From Bacillota bacterium (GTDB lineage: Bacteria > Bacillota > Clostridia > Peptostreptococcales > Anaerovoracaceae), in the NCBI GenBank assembly GCA_017394515.1, contig JAFPXY010000011.1:29550-93549 (forward strand): DNA of 64,000 bases, given 5' to 3'. Shown in pieces: positions 1 through 10,154 of this stretch. Made by a program: the position numbers and the translations under genes. Numbering within the stretch: the first letter of the stretch is position 1; each line of letters starts with the position of its first letter. The notes beneath the pieces are model-generated. The model ran no database searches. It saw nothing but the letters and a program-made list of their open reading frames with translations, and was not told where the DNA came from.

Positions 1-126
1 TTCGTAGGATACAGCGGAGATTACGCCTTCGTGGTCCTGGTAGAGCATGGTGGAGCCGGAGCTGATGTGGCCGGTCCCATCGCAAATAAAGTATTACAGA
101 CAATCATAGAACAGGAGGGCAGATAA
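1..126 (+). CDS. C-terminal end of a penicillin-binding protein / transpeptidase (partial, starts upstream of window)
   Basis: Frame 1 is open from base 1 to a TAA at 124-126. The tail reads ...VVLVEHGGAGADVAGPIANKVLQTI, which resembles the C-terminal VENGG...AAPIA..VL signature of PBP transpeptidase domains. Confidence 0.4.
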   Translation, partial: FVGYSGDYAFVVLVEHGGAGADVAGPIANKVLQTIIEQEGR

Positions 127-127
127 G

Positions 128-871
128 ATGTTTGACCCGGTAAAAGTTAAAGACGACGTAGTAAAGTGGATAAGAGAGTGGTTTGATAATAACGGTCCCG
201 GATGCAACGGAGTTGTTGCAGTTTCAGGCGGCAAGGATTCGTCCGTAGTGGCAGCTCTTCTTGTGGAAGCCCTGGGAAAGGACAGAGTTATCGGCGTGCT
301 TCTTCCAAGGGGAGTTCAGCCTGATATAGACATGTCCTATCTTCTCTGCAAGCACTTGGATATTAAGTATTTTGAGATAAATGTAGGAGAAACCATAGAC
401 GCTCTTGAAAGGGAGATGAGAGAAGTCATGGGAGCGGATGCTGTATCCACCCAGGCCATAGTCAACCTGCCTCCGAGAGTAAGAATGGCAGCCACCTATG
501 CTGTTTCACAGTCCGTGAACGGCAGGGTAGCCAATACCTGCAACCTCTCAGAAGACTGGGTGGGCTATGCCACAAGGTACGGCGACAATGCCGGAGATTT
601 CAGCCCGCTTTCCAGACTTACTGTTCAGGAAGTAAAGGCCATCGGACGTGTACTGGGACTTCCCGACGTTCTGGTGGACAAGGTTCCTTCCGACGGTCTT
701 CAGGCTAAGACCGACGAGGATAATCTGGGCTTCACCTATGCTGTCCTCGACAGATATATCAGAGAGGGCGTCATAGAGGATCAGAAGACCAAGGAGAGGA
801 TAGACCATCTCCATAAGATCAATCAGTTCAAGCTGAAATATATGGATTGCTTCGAATATGTACCGGAGTAA
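128..871 (+). CDS. nadE: NH3-dependent NAD+ synthetase
   Basis: 247 aa. Carries the SGGKDS PP-loop motif and has the typical length of single-domain NadE without a glutaminase domain. Confidence 0.88.
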   Translation: MFDPVKVKDDVVKWIREWFDNNGPGCNGVVAVSGGKDSSVVAALLVEALGKDRVIGVLLPRGVQPDIDMSYLLCKHLDIKYFEINVGETIDALEREMREVMGADAVSTQAIVNLPPRVRMAATYAVSQSVNGRVANTCNLSEDWVGYATRYGDNAGDFSPLSRLTVQEVKAIGRVLGLPDVLVDKVPSDGLQAKTDEDNLGFTYAVLDRYIREGVIEDQKTKERIDHLHKINQFKLKYMDCFEYVPE

Positions 872-901
872 ATTTTTAGAAGGGTTCAGGAAAGAGAAAG
901 T

Positions 902-1861
902 ATGAAAGAAATTTTTGTAAAAGACCTGAAGAAGGAGATGGACGTCATCGACTTCTTTATGATAAAGTCTGTGGCGGTCAAGACCGGTTCCACCGGCAAG
1001 CCTTATCTCGATGTGGTTCTGGGGGACAAGACCGGCGAGATAAACGGCAAAAAATGGGACGTGGGGGCTTCTGATCACCTCCTTAAGGAGAAGGAGATCG
1101 TTAAGATCATAGCTCACGTGACGGAGTTCAACTCACAGCTCCAGCTTAAGATCCAGAGGATCAGAAAGGCAGTTCCCGAGAGCAATCCAGACGATATCAT
1201 GGATATGAACGATTTCGTCAAGGCTGCTCCTGAAGATCCGGAGAAGATGTATGAATATATCAAGTTATCCTGCCTTTCCATGGATGATGAGGAGCTGAAA
1301 TCCCTTTGCTTAAGGGCTCTTGAAGATAACAAGGATAAGCTCATGTATTATCCTGCAGCTTCCAAGAATCACCATGCAGAGCTTGGTGGACTGCTCTATC
1401 ATACCAAGAGGATGCTCATGAATGGTGACAGAGTCTGTGAAGTATATACAAACCTTAACAGGAATCTGGTAATAAGCGGCGTCATCATGCACGACATGCA
1501 GAAGATCTTTGAGATCGATGCTGATACGGACGGCATGGCTTCGGGATATTCCTTTGAAGGACAGCTGCTGGGACATATCGTCATGGGAGTCAAATACGTG
1601 GATGAACTGGCTCAGGAGCTGGGTATTACCACAGAAAAGCGCGTAATGATGGAGCACATGATCTTGTCTCATCACTATGAGCCGGAATACGGCAGCCCAA
1701 AGAAACCGCTTTTCCCCGAAGCAGAAGTGCTTCACTATCTTGATATTTTGGACGCCAGGATGTACGATATGGAAGAGGCTCTTAAAAATACGGAGCCAGG
1801 CGGTTTCAGTGACCGAATCTGGACGCTGGACAACAGAAGAATATACAAAGCCGAATTTTAG
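902..1861 (+). CDS. yhaM: 3'-5' exoribonuclease YhaM (OB-fold + HD domain)
   Basis: The N-terminal OB-fold region resembles B. subtilis YhaM (GKPYLDVVLGDKTGEINGKKWDV). An HD-domain H...HD...H motif set is present (HHAELGGLLYHT ... MHDMQK). Confidence 0.8.
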   Translation: MKEIFVKDLKKEMDVIDFFMIKSVAVKTGSTGKPYLDVVLGDKTGEINGKKWDVGASDHLLKEKEIVKIIAHVTEFNSQLQLKIQRIRKAVPESNPDDIMDMNDFVKAAPEDPEKMYEYIKLSCLSMDDEELKSLCLRALEDNKDKLMYYPAASKNHHAELGGLLYHTKRMLMNGDRVCEVYTNLNRNLVISGVIMHDMQKIFEIDADTDGMASGYSFEGQLLGHIVMGVKYVDELAQELGITTEKRVMMEHMILSHHYEPEYGSPKKPLFPEAEVLHYLDILDARMYDMEEALKNTEPGGFSDRIWTLDNRRIYKAEF

Positions 1862-1878
1862 AAGGAGATTAACTAGAG

Positions 1879-3159
1879 ATGATCAAATTACCCAAGCAGG
1901 TAAAGGAAATAATCAAAAAATTAAGAGATAAAGGCTATGAAGCCTACGCTGTAGGAGCTTGCGTCAGAAACAGTTTATTAGGTGATAAACCTTTGGACTG
2001 GGACGTTGCAACCAACGCCGGACTTGACGTGCTCAAAGAACTCTTTAAGGACGGAAAGGTCATGAGCGAGAGACTAAGCGTTGTAAGAATATATGACGCT
2101 GAGACCGAAGATGAGATCATTACGGATATCTCCACCTATAGATCCAAAGCACCGGGAGAAAAGGATTTCACCTTTACCGATGACATTCATGAAGATGTCA
2201 AGAGAAGAGACTTCACGGTGAACGCCATGGCGGATAGCGGCTTTGATTTCGTGGACGATTACAACGGCAAGAGCGATGTGCAGGCCAAACTCGTGAGAAC
2301 TATCGGAAGTGCCGTTGATCTTTTCAGAGCAGAGCCCATCAAGATGCTTAAAGCTTTAAGACTCACCGCTGAACTTGATTTCGACCTGACTCAGGACGTA
2401 TATGAAGGAATCAAAGCTAACCATGGACTTATTGCCGAGCTTCCGCCCGCCAAGGTCAGGAAGGAATTTTTGGTCATCATAGGCGGTGAGCATGCTGGTA
2501 AGGCCATGAACATGATCGTGGACATGGGGCTCCTTCCTGATATCATTGGAGAAGTAGGAAACAACCTTAGCCATAGAGAGAAGAGTGATCTCGTGATTTT
2601 TTGCGAGAACTGCGACAAGACCAAGCCTATACCTGAAAGACGTATGGGCGCCTTCATTCAGATCTTAAGCGAGAAGAAGGCCTTGAGCGTTATAGAGCAC
2701 CTGGAATTCGAGGGCAAGCTCAAGGAACATCTTGAGGATGTGGCCTATGATCTGGCAGAGTTCCACTTCGCACAGACCCCTCAGGCATATAAAAAGTTCA
2801 TCTATGAGCACGCTCCCATGGAAAGATCGGACTATCTTCTGAACCTTCAGAAGGCTCTCCTGATAATCTTTGACTACAGCCTTGAGACCAAGATCAAGTC
2901 CAAGATGTATCTCTTGGGTGAGTTCCGCAAGCATAATGATCCGATCTTTGTGGAAGATCTGGCCATCGACGCCAACGACCTTCTTGAAGCAGGAATCCTC
3001 GATGATCCTGAAGAGTGCGACAAGATGCTCCACATGCTCATCGAGAGACTTCACATCGAACCCAAAAAGAACACCAGAACCGATCTCTTCAATCTGGCAA
3101 AGACATACAAGAAGAACAAACTCAAGGCATACTTAAGAGGAATTTCATGGGTACGTTAA
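1879..3159 (+). CDS. cca: CCA-adding tRNA nucleotidyltransferase
   Basis: The polymerase-beta nucleotidyltransferase head GACVRNSLLG...DWD is present and the length (426 aa) fits Firmicutes CCA enzymes. Confidence 0.85.
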   Translation: MIKLPKQVKEIIKKLRDKGYEAYAVGACVRNSLLGDKPLDWDVATNAGLDVLKELFKDGKVMSERLSVVRIYDAETEDEIITDISTYRSKAPGEKDFTFTDDIHEDVKRRDFTVNAMADSGFDFVDDYNGKSDVQAKLVRTIGSAVDLFRAEPIKMLKALRLTAELDFDLTQDVYEGIKANHGLIAELPPAKVRKEFLVIIGGEHAGKAMNMIVDMGLLPDIIGEVGNNLSHREKSDLVIFCENCDKTKPIPERRMGAFIQILSEKKALSVIEHLEFEGKLKEHLEDVAYDLAEFHFAQTPQAYKKFIYEHAPMERSDYLLNLQKALLIIFDYSLETKIKSKMYLLGEFRKHNDPIFVEDLAIDANDLLEAGILDDPEECDKMLHMLIERLHIEPKKNTRTDLFNLAKTYKKNKLKAYLRGISWVR

Positions 3160-5024
3160 TGGATCAAAAGATAACAAAAGTAAGTCAGGTCACCCCGGAG
3201 GTGGCCTGGTTTTTACGTGGTTTGGGACTTTCAGACTACTATGTTATCAAGATCTTTGATCTGGTGGGAGGCGCAGCCGTCACCCTCACGGAGGCTGATC
3301 CGTACTGGCTTCTCGATGAGTTCAGCCATATGGGCTTCAAGGCGGTGGACCGCATTGCCAAGATCCTTCAGGTGGAACCTGATGACCCCAGAAGATTGAG
3401 AGCCGGCATAAGATACGTGCTGGGCTACTACGTGGGAGAAGGCAACACCTACGTACCAAAGGATATCCTTATTGAAAAGTGCAGGAAAGTGCTGGATGTA
3501 TCCGGCGAGATCCTGGAGGATGCCATAAAGATGATGGTATATGAAGGCATCCTGCACATATCTTTTGCGGAAGGCGGAGAGGCCGTGTATTTCTATGGCT
3601 ACTACAAGGCTGAGAGCGTGACTGCATCCAGGCTCGTGCACTTGGCCAATCAGGAAGCCCGCGAACTTAAGAAGATCCTGGCATCACCTGATGCATATCT
3701 TAGAAAGTTCGAGGATGATACCAAGATCAACCTCTCCGAGGACCAGAAAAGGGCGGTGCTGTCCAGCCTCGTGAACGGTGTCACAGTCATTACAGGCGGA
3801 CCCGGAACCGGCAAGACCACCATCATAAATGCGGTGATCTACATCCTGGAGCAGTCCGGCCACAAGGTTGCCGTATCCGCGCCTACAGGTAGGGCCGCCA
3901 AGAGGATAATGGAGACCGGAGGGCATTTCGCCCAGACTGTCCACAGGCTTCTGGAATACTATTACGATGAAACTCGTAAGACCATGTGTTTTGCAAAAAA
4001 TTCCGAAGACCAGCTGAACTACGACTGTGTCATTGTGGATGAAGCGTCCATGATGGACATCAGACTCACGGAAGCCCTGCTGGATGCGGTCAAGGATGGT
4101 ACCAGACTGATCTTCGTGGGAGACAAGGATCAGCTGCCCTCCGTAGGAGCCGGAAACGTGCTGGCGGATCTCATTAAGAGCGAATACTTCAATACGGTGG
4201 AACTCAAGGAGATCTACAGGCAGGATCTGGAGAGCGATATCGTCATAAACGCTCACAGGATAAATCACGGCGACTATCCGGTATTTAAGGATGGAGAGGA
4301 AACTGACTTCAAGGTCATAAGACTGGATAAGCAAAAAGACATCCAGAAAAAGATATGTGAGATAATAAAGACCATGGATCCGGACAAGGTCCAGGTACTC
4401 ACACCGGTAAAGAAAGGCCTCTTAGGAGTGGCAGAACTGAATCCTCTCCTTCAGGCCATCTTCAATCCCCCTGAAGAGGACAAGGTCGAGCTCAAATTCG
4501 GCAAAAAGATCTTCAGAGAAGGTGACCGTGTAATGCAGATAAAGAACGATTACAGACTTTCCTTTAAGAGGGAACGCCACGATAAATATGGTGGCGACGG
4601 CACTGAAGAAGGCTATCAGAGAGAGGATGGCAAGGGCATCTTTAACGGCGAGATCGGAAGGATCGTAGGCATCGATAAAGAAGCCAAGACCATGACCGTG
4701 GCCTTCGATGACGATAGATTTGGCAAGACCTGGGGCAGGAGATTCGCCCTCTACGAATACACCAAACTTGACGAACTGGAACAGGCCTATGCCGTTACGG
4801 TCCACAAGAGCCAGGGAAGCGAGTATCCCGCGGTAATTATCCCTGTATCCTGGTTCCCTCCGGTTCTGGCTACAAGAAGCCTCATCTACACGGCCATAAC
4901 CAGAGGCAAATCTCAGGTTATCATCGTTGGAAATCCTGAATACATGAATGCCATGGTGGATAACGACAGGAGCTCCATGAGGCTCAGTGGTTTGGACCAG
5001 AGGATCATGGAGATGTATAGATAG
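3147..5024 (+). CDS. recD2: RecD2-type ATP-dependent DNA helicase (N-terminally short form)
   Basis: Contains Walker A GGPGTGKTT, motif II VIVDEASM and the RecD-family C-terminal segment HKSQGSEYP. The start at 3147 (MGTLMDQ) has an RBS AAGAGGA 7 nt upstream. An alternative ATG at 3159 overlaps the cca stop (TAATG). Confidence 0.8.
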   Translation: MGTLMDQKITKVSQVTPEVAWFLRGLGLSDYYVIKIFDLVGGAAVTLTEADPYWLLDEFSHMGFKAVDRIAKILQVEPDDPRRLRAGIRYVLGYYVGEGNTYVPKDILIEKCRKVLDVSGEILEDAIKMMVYEGILHISFAEGGEAVYFYGYYKAESVTASRLVHLANQEARELKKILASPDAYLRKFEDDTKINLSEDQKRAVLSSLVNGVTVITGGPGTGKTTIINAVIYILEQSGHKVAVSAPTGRAAKRIMETGGHFAQTVHRLLEYYYDETRKTMCFAKNSEDQLNYDCVIVDEASMMDIRLTEALLDAVKDGTRLIFVGDKDQLPSVGAGNVLADLIKSEYFNTVELKEIYRQDLESDIVINAHRINHGDYPVFKDGEETDFKVIRLDKQKDIQKKICEIIKTMDPDKVQVLTPVKKGLLGVAELNPLLQAIFNPPEEDKVELKFGKKIFREGDRVMQIKNDYRLSFKRERHDKYGGDGTEEGYQREDGKGIFNGEIGRIVGIDKEAKTMTVAFDDDRFGKTWGRRFALYEYTKLDELEQAYAVTVHKSQGSEYPAVIIPVSWFPPVLATRSLIYTAITRGKSQVIIVGNPEYMNAMVDNDRSSMRLSGLDQRIMEMYR

Positions 5025-5847
5025 AACTGAGAAAGTCCTCATCACCTCTCGGCCTGAAGGAACCCTTGAGATAGTAATTACCGGTGGTGAGGCTTAAGAG
5101 ATGCACTTCTGATGCGCCGGCGTCCTTAAGGATCCTGGCGCAGCGGTCAGCGGTGGCGCCTGTGGTGAAGATATCGTCTATGAGAAGAATGCGAGAGCCC
5201 TTCAGATTGGACTCGTAACGTGGGTCAAGGGAGAAGGCTCCCTCGAGGTTGGTGAACCTTTGACCGCCGGTGACACTTCTTTGCTCGATGGTTTGCTTGT
5301 TTCTCCTTAAGCAGGGAAGGTGCCTGGGAGAAGAACTATTAATGGCCTTGGCCAGCCTATGGGCAAGATTTTCGGATATGAGCGCAGCTTGATTGAAGCC
5401 GCGCTTTTTTAATCTCTCGGAGTGGAGAGGAACGGGCACCACGTAATCAAGGCTTTCGATGAAACCGTATAGAGTTTCATCACTTCTCAAACGGTCTTCC
5501 ATGATCATGGAGATGGGCCTTGCGAGATATGTCTTTTTGTTATATTTCAAATCGAAGACCAGTCGCTTAGAGTGAAGGCTGTAAACCATACAGGAAAGGG
5601 CAGAGTCCAGATAAAAAGTTCTGCCGCTGTGCTTCCTCTCTTCCTCCAGATCGATGGTGATAAAGCCCCAGTTAATGGCTTCCATGCAGGTATCGCAGAT
5701 ACAGTAAGGCCTGGTAATATCTACGTATTTACCGCAGCAGATGCAGTAAGTGCCCATGGGAAAGAGCAGCTGGAGGAGGCTCTCCAAAACTGTTCCCTTA
5801 GGTGTGTCATCGCTTGTGTAGTACATGTTTTCCTTTCTCTTCCCCAA
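5005..5847 (-). CDS. comFC: ComF family protein (ComFC-like phosphoribosyltransferase domain with N-terminal Cys4 zinc finger)
   Basis: The N-terminus carries CxxC...CxxC. The C-terminus has a PRTase-type PRPP-binding loop (ILLIDDIFTTGAT). Confidence 0.8.
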   Translation of the reverse strand: MGKRKENMYYTSDDTPKGTVLESLLQLLFPMGTYCICCGKYVDITRPYCICDTCMEAINWGFITIDLEEERKHSGRTFYLDSALSCMVYSLHSKRLVFDLKYNKKTYLARPISMIMEDRLRSDETLYGFIESLDYVVPVPLHSERLKKRGFNQAALISENLAHRLAKAINSSSPRHLPCLRRNKQTIEQRSVTGGQRFTNLEGAFSLDPRYESNLKGSRILLIDDIFTTGATADRCARILKDAGASEVHLLSLTTGNYYLKGSFRPRGDEDFLSSIYTSP

Positions 5848-6154
5848 GGATATAATGGCATGAAAAGATGGTATTACCGGAAGAGATCTGTGAGGATTAG
5901 CAAAAAACAGTATTCACTTAACCCTCACTTGAAATGTGGAACAACTGGTGGTATAATAAAGAAAAAGCGATCCGGGTCTGTGGTTGCAAATCCAGGCCAG
6001 GCACGGGCGAAGGGATCCACGTAAGCGGTTGAAGAAGAGTAGACCGTGAGCATGGCGTGCTTTAGAAGTAAGTCCTCCGGAAATCGGGTAAAGGCAAGTG
6101 TGGGGGCAAAGACCAGGTCAGCCGGATATGCTTTTAATTAAAGGAGGTATCACT

Positions 6155-6682
6155 ATGAAGATTACCGTAACAGGGAAGAACATCGTAGTAAATGACAAGA
6201 TGCAAGACGCCATCGATAAGAAGTTTGCCAAGATAGGCAAGTTCTTTGCAGATGACATTCAGGCAAAGGTGCTCATGCATCCTGAAAAGGCCAAGGTAAA
6301 GGTAGAAGCTACTATCTCCGGCAAAGGTAATATTTTCAGAGCAGAATCAGTTGCTCAGGACGTTTATGACTGCATCGACGAAGTAGCAGACAAGCTCTTA
6401 AAGCAGATGTCCAAGCACAAGAAGAAACTGATCAAGAAGAACCAGGGTAAGGAATCCGTAAGATTCGAAATGATCCCTGAAGCACCTGAAGCAGAAGAAG
6501 AGACAAAGATCGCCAGAGTAAAGAAGTTCACTCTTACTCCCATGACCGCTGAGGAAGCCATCCTTCAGATGGAACTCCTGCAGCACAACTTCTTCGTATA
6601 TCTCGATGCCGAGACCGGCAATGTAAACGTAGTTTACAAGAGAAATGAAGAAGACTATGGACTTCTTGAAACAGAGCACTAA
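6155..6682 (+). CDS. hpf: ribosome hibernation promoting factor (long form)
   Basis: Starts MKITVTGKN, the conserved N-terminus of HPF/YfiA. The long C-terminal dimerisation domain is present. The RBS AAGGAGG lies 7 nt upstream of ATG 6155; the ORF-track start at 6098 is probably an over-extension. Confidence 0.88.
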   Translation: MKITVTGKNIVVNDKMQDAIDKKFAKIGKFFADDIQAKVLMHPEKAKVKVEATISGKGNIFRAESVAQDVYDCIDEVADKLLKQMSKHKKKLIKKNQGKESVRFEMIPEAPEAEEETKIARVKKFTLTPMTAEEAILQMELLQHNFFVYLDAETGNVNVVYKRNEEDYGLLETEH

Positions 6683-6696
6683 ACATAGGCGTTAAT

Positions 6697-6731
6697 GGAG
6701 CTGCGGCATTTGAGCCGCAGCTCTTTTTTTA
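6697..6731 (+). terminator. intrinsic terminator after hpf
   Basis: The hairpin GGAGCTGCGGCatttgaGCCGCAGCTC is followed by TTTTTTT. Confidence 0.75.
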
Positions 6732-6776
6732 GCGGTTTTTTCACACAAAAATAGTCTTAACATTTGTCTAAACGCC

Positions 6777-6805
6777 TTGAAAGAAGGCCCGTTTTATAGT
6801 ATAAT
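6777..6805 (+). promoter_or_regulatory. sigma-A-type promoter for the cdaA operon
   Basis: TTGAAA, 17 bp, TATAAT, located about 50 bp upstream of the cdaA ATG. Confidence 0.5.
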
Positions 6806-6854
6806 TTTAATATCTATGGGTGTGTTATATTTATGATTATGAAAAGGACTTTTT

Positions 6855-7691
6855 ATGGAGCAATTTTTCCAAAACATTATATCCAACATCGGTATAAACG
6901 ATGTTCTTGACATATTAATAGTTGCGTTCCTGTTCTTTAAACTTTTGGGATTTATCAGGGAGACCAGAGCGGAGCAGCTGGCCAAAGGTATTTTGATTCT
7001 TGTATTGGTAGCAGTCATTGCAAATCTTTTGAATCTCTATACTTTGCAGTGGATACTTTCAAATCTGGTAAACGTTGGATTGATAGCCATCGTTATCATC
7101 TTCCAGCCGGAACTCAGAAGGCTTCTGGAGAACCTTGGTAGAAATAAGCTCATCAATAACTTCAGCGGAATCGATCTGGAGGAGGCTGAGCAGATCACCG
7201 TAGAGATCAAGGAGGCTCTCCTTGCCATGTCCAGAACCAGGACCGGAGCTTTGATCGTCATCGAGAGGGAGACCACTCTTACGGATATCATTGAGACCGG
7301 TACCGTAATAAGAGCTGAGATCAACAGGGAGATGATAGGAAACATCTTCTACGAAGGAGCGCCGCTTCATGACGGAGCTCTCATCATCAGAGGCGATAAG
7401 CTGGAAGCAGCAGGCTGCGTACTTCCTTTAACAGAGGACAAAAAACTCTCCAAGGAACTGGGTACCCGCCACAGAGCAGGTATCGGCATCACCGAGAATT
7501 CTGATGCTCTGGTATTTATAGTTAGTGAAGAGACCGGTATAATCTCCAAGGCTGAAGATGGTCGTCTGGAGAGAAAGCTGGATGGTAAGAAGATAGAAGC
7601 CATCCTTAACGGAATCTATATAGCTCAGGACAAGAATTCTTTGCCCGAACGTATTACAAAGATACTGAAGGGAGGCAAGAAAGATGCTTAA
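6855..7691 (+). CDS. cdaA: diadenylate cyclase CdaA (membrane-anchored DAC domain)
   Basis: Has an N-terminal TM region and the DAC-domain motifs DGA and RHRAA/GITE (HDGALIIRGDK...GTRHRAGIGITE). Confidence 0.9.
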   Translation: MEQFFQNIISNIGINDVLDILIVAFLFFKLLGFIRETRAEQLAKGILILVLVAVIANLLNLYTLQWILSNLVNVGLIAIVIIFQPELRRLLENLGRNKLINNFSGIDLEEAEQITVEIKEALLAMSRTRTGALIVIERETTLTDIIETGTVIRAEINREMIGNIFYEGAPLHDGALIIRGDKLEAAGCVLPLTEDKKLSKELGTRHRAGIGITENSDALVFIVSEETGIISKAEDGRLERKLDGKKIEAILNGIYIAQDKNSLPERITKILKGGKKDA

Positions 7692-8883
7692 TAACAGAAG
7701 AGCTACCTTCATCCTTGCCTTCATCATGGCAGTTGTCCTTTGGGCCTATGTACTCGGTGAAGTTGATCCCATGAGGACGGTCACCATCAGAGATATTCCC
7801 ATCAGGTTTTTGAATGAGACCGCTCTGGATGATGAGTCGTTGGTTATCACTGAGACGGATTACACTACAATTTCAGTAACCTTCGAAGCCAAGAGATCTC
7901 TGGCCAATAAGATAAAGGAGAGCGATTTCCACGCCACAGCTAACCTTAAGGGCCTGACACAGGGTGATAACATTGTAGACGTAGAATTGACCAAGCCCAG
8001 CAACATCAACCTTGAAAGCGTTTCACATGAGCATATCAACATCACTACGGATAAGCTCATAGAAGCTGAAAAGGAGATAAAAGTCGTTCTGACCAATGAA
8101 AGCAGTAAAGACACTGAACCTAAGATCCTGAGACTTTCAGAACATCAGGTCAAGGTATCAGGAGCAGCAACTCAGGTCAACAAGGTAGAAAGAGTGCTGG
8201 CCAAACTTGATGCTTCCAGAGTTACGGATGATCCGAACTCCATATCTGCTGACCTTGAAGCTGTTGACACCAATGACGTTCAAGTTGAAGGTGTAGAGCT
8301 GAATGCCAAAAATATCTATGTAACGGCTATCCTGAAATACCTTAAGAGCGTGGATCTTGTGGTGCCGGTATCAGGCAGAGACAGCGGATCCATAAGCAGA
8401 GGATATTCAGCACCGGACAGCATAGTGATCAAGGGCTCTGAAGCTGATCTGGAAGATCTGGATAGCATTACCTGCGAGCCTGTAGATATTTCAGACCTTT
8501 ACGAAAACAAGAGTATTCCGCTGGTGCCGATCCTTCCTAAGGGAATTGAGATGTCTGACGAGTCGGAGAATCTGGCCCTTGAAGTTGCAGTATATAATGC
8601 AGGAGTCGCAGAGTTTGATTTTGATGAGACCTATGTAAACATCGTAGGCATCGACGAAAACAGTTCCGTAAAGATCCACGAGATCGATATCAACGTGAAG
8701 GTCAAAGGTGCTTCCACTGTTATCAATTCGCTTACGGCAGATGACCTTATGCTTACTGCCGACGCATCAGATCTTACCACGGGAACTCATACCGTAGATG
8801 TAGATGTGAAAGTTGATAAGGCGGGCGTCGACCTGATAGAAGTCAAACCTCAGAAGATAACCATAGACGTGAATACAAACTAA
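7684..8883 (+). CDS. cdaR: CdaA regulatory protein CdaR (YbbR-like domain repeats)
   Basis: Overlaps the cdaA stop. Has an N-terminal TM segment followed by repeated YbbR-like beta-rich domains, in the canonical position directly after cdaA. Confidence 0.8.
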   Translation: MLNNRRATFILAFIMAVVLWAYVLGEVDPMRTVTIRDIPIRFLNETALDDESLVITETDYTTISVTFEAKRSLANKIKESDFHATANLKGLTQGDNIVDVELTKPSNINLESVSHEHINITTDKLIEAEKEIKVVLTNESSKDTEPKILRLSEHQVKVSGAATQVNKVERVLAKLDASRVTDDPNSISADLEAVDTNDVQVEGVELNAKNIYVTAILKYLKSVDLVVPVSGRDSGSISRGYSAPDSIVIKGSEADLEDLDSITCEPVDISDLYENKSIPLVPILPKGIEMSDESENLALEVAVYNAGVAEFDFDETYVNIVGIDENSSVKIHEIDINVKVKGASTVINSLTADDLMLTADASDLTTGTHTVDVDVKVDKAGVDLIEVKPQKITIDVNTN

Positions 8884-8894
8884 AGGAGAAAAAA

Positions 8895-10142
8895 ATGAAT
8901 TACGATATAAGAGATATCAGTCTGGCACCTTATGGCCATCAGAAGATAGATTGGGTAAGGGATCACATGCCGCTTTTGAGATCCCTGGAGGAAGAGTTCA
9001 AGAAGACCAGACCCTTTGAAGGCGTGAAGATCTCGCTTTCCGTACATCTGGAAGCTAAGACAGCTTACCTCTGCAAAGTATTTGCAGCAGGAGGAGCTCA
9101 GATGTCCATCACAGGATCCAATATCCTTTCTACTCAGGATGACGTTTGCGCGGCTCTTGTTGAGGACGGACTGTCTGTCTTCGCTTATCACGATGCGACC
9201 ATGGAAGAGTACGAGAGACACATTGAAATGTGCCTTGAGTGCAAGCCCAACATCATCATAGATGACGGCTGCGACCTGGTAACCTGTCTCCACGAGAAGC
9301 GTCCTGATCTGGCTGTTGATGCCTGGGGCGGCTGCGAGGAGACCACCACCGGTATCATCCGCTTGAGAGCTCTTGATAATGAAGGACTTCTCAAGTTCCC
9401 TATGATGGCTGTAAACGATGCGGATATGAAGCATCTCTTCGATAATCGCTATGGCACAGGCCAGTCCACCTGGGATTCCATCATGAGAAATACCAACCTG
9501 ATCATCGCCGGCAAGACCGTCGTCGTTGCAGGTTACGGCTGGTGCTCCAGAGGAATCGCCATGCGCGCCCAGTCCCTTGGAGCTCAGGTCATAGTTACCG
9601 AGATCGATCCCGTTAAGGCCATCGAGGCTAAGATGGACGGCTTCAGGGTAATGCCCATGAAGGATGCCGCTCCTCTGGGTGACATTTTTTGCACCGCTAC
9701 AGGCTGCAATAAGACCGTCAACACAGACCATATGCTGACCATGAAGAACGGTGCTATCCTGACGAATTCCGGTCACTTCAACTGCGAAGTAGATATGGAA
9801 GGACTTTACAGGATGGCTCTGGAGAGAGTGCCCAGACGCCACAATGTGGAAGGCTTCAAGCTTCCCAATGGCAGGTGGGTAGACGTCATCGCCGATGGCA
9901 GACTGGTAAATATCGCGGGAGCTGACGGACATCCCGCTGAGATCATGGATATGAGCTTCGCCGTTCAGGCATACGGAGCTTTATATATCAAAGAACATAA
10001 GGACGAACTTCCCAAGCATCTGATCAAGATACCTGATGAGATCGACAAGATGATAGCATCCCGCAGGCTGGAGGCCTGGGGGATCGAGATAGATACCCTG
10101 ACAGAAGAGCAGGAAGCTTATCTGAACAGCTGGAAGCTGTAG
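8895..10142 (+). CDS. ahcY: adenosylhomocysteinase
   Basis: Shows a Rossmann NAD-binding motif (VVVAGYGWCSRGIAMRA) and adenosylhomocysteinase-like regions across the protein; the 415-aa length fits. Confidence 0.88.
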   Translation: MNYDIRDISLAPYGHQKIDWVRDHMPLLRSLEEEFKKTRPFEGVKISLSVHLEAKTAYLCKVFAAGGAQMSITGSNILSTQDDVCAALVEDGLSVFAYHDATMEEYERHIEMCLECKPNIIIDDGCDLVTCLHEKRPDLAVDAWGGCEETTTGIIRLRALDNEGLLKFPMMAVNDADMKHLFDNRYGTGQSTWDSIMRNTNLIIAGKTVVVAGYGWCSRGIAMRAQSLGAQVIVTEIDPVKAIEAKMDGFRVMPMKDAAPLGDIFCTATGCNKTVNTDHMLTMKNGAILTNSGHFNCEVDMEGLYRMALERVPRRHNVEGFKLPNGRWVDVIADGRLVNIAGADGHPAEIMDMSFAVQAYGALYIKEHKDELPKHLIKIPDEIDKMIASRRLEAWGIEIDTLTEEQEAYLNSWKL

Positions 10143-10154
10143 GAGGGAAGTAGA

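Noticed and set aside
548-1117. 189-aa minus-strand ORF overlapping nadE/yhaM, and many other antisense ORFs (e.g. 3684-4334, 8880-9932, 21361-22059, 25760-26422, 48119-48811, 55945-56457)
   Set aside because: Each is fully embedded antisense to a strongly supported conserved gene and has no recognisable domain or RBS. Typical shadow ORFs.
6098-6154. Long N-terminal extension of hpf (start at 6098)
   Set aside because: The strong RBS AAGGAGG is positioned for ATG 6155 and the conserved HPF N-terminus begins MKITVTGKN. The extension is not conserved-looking.
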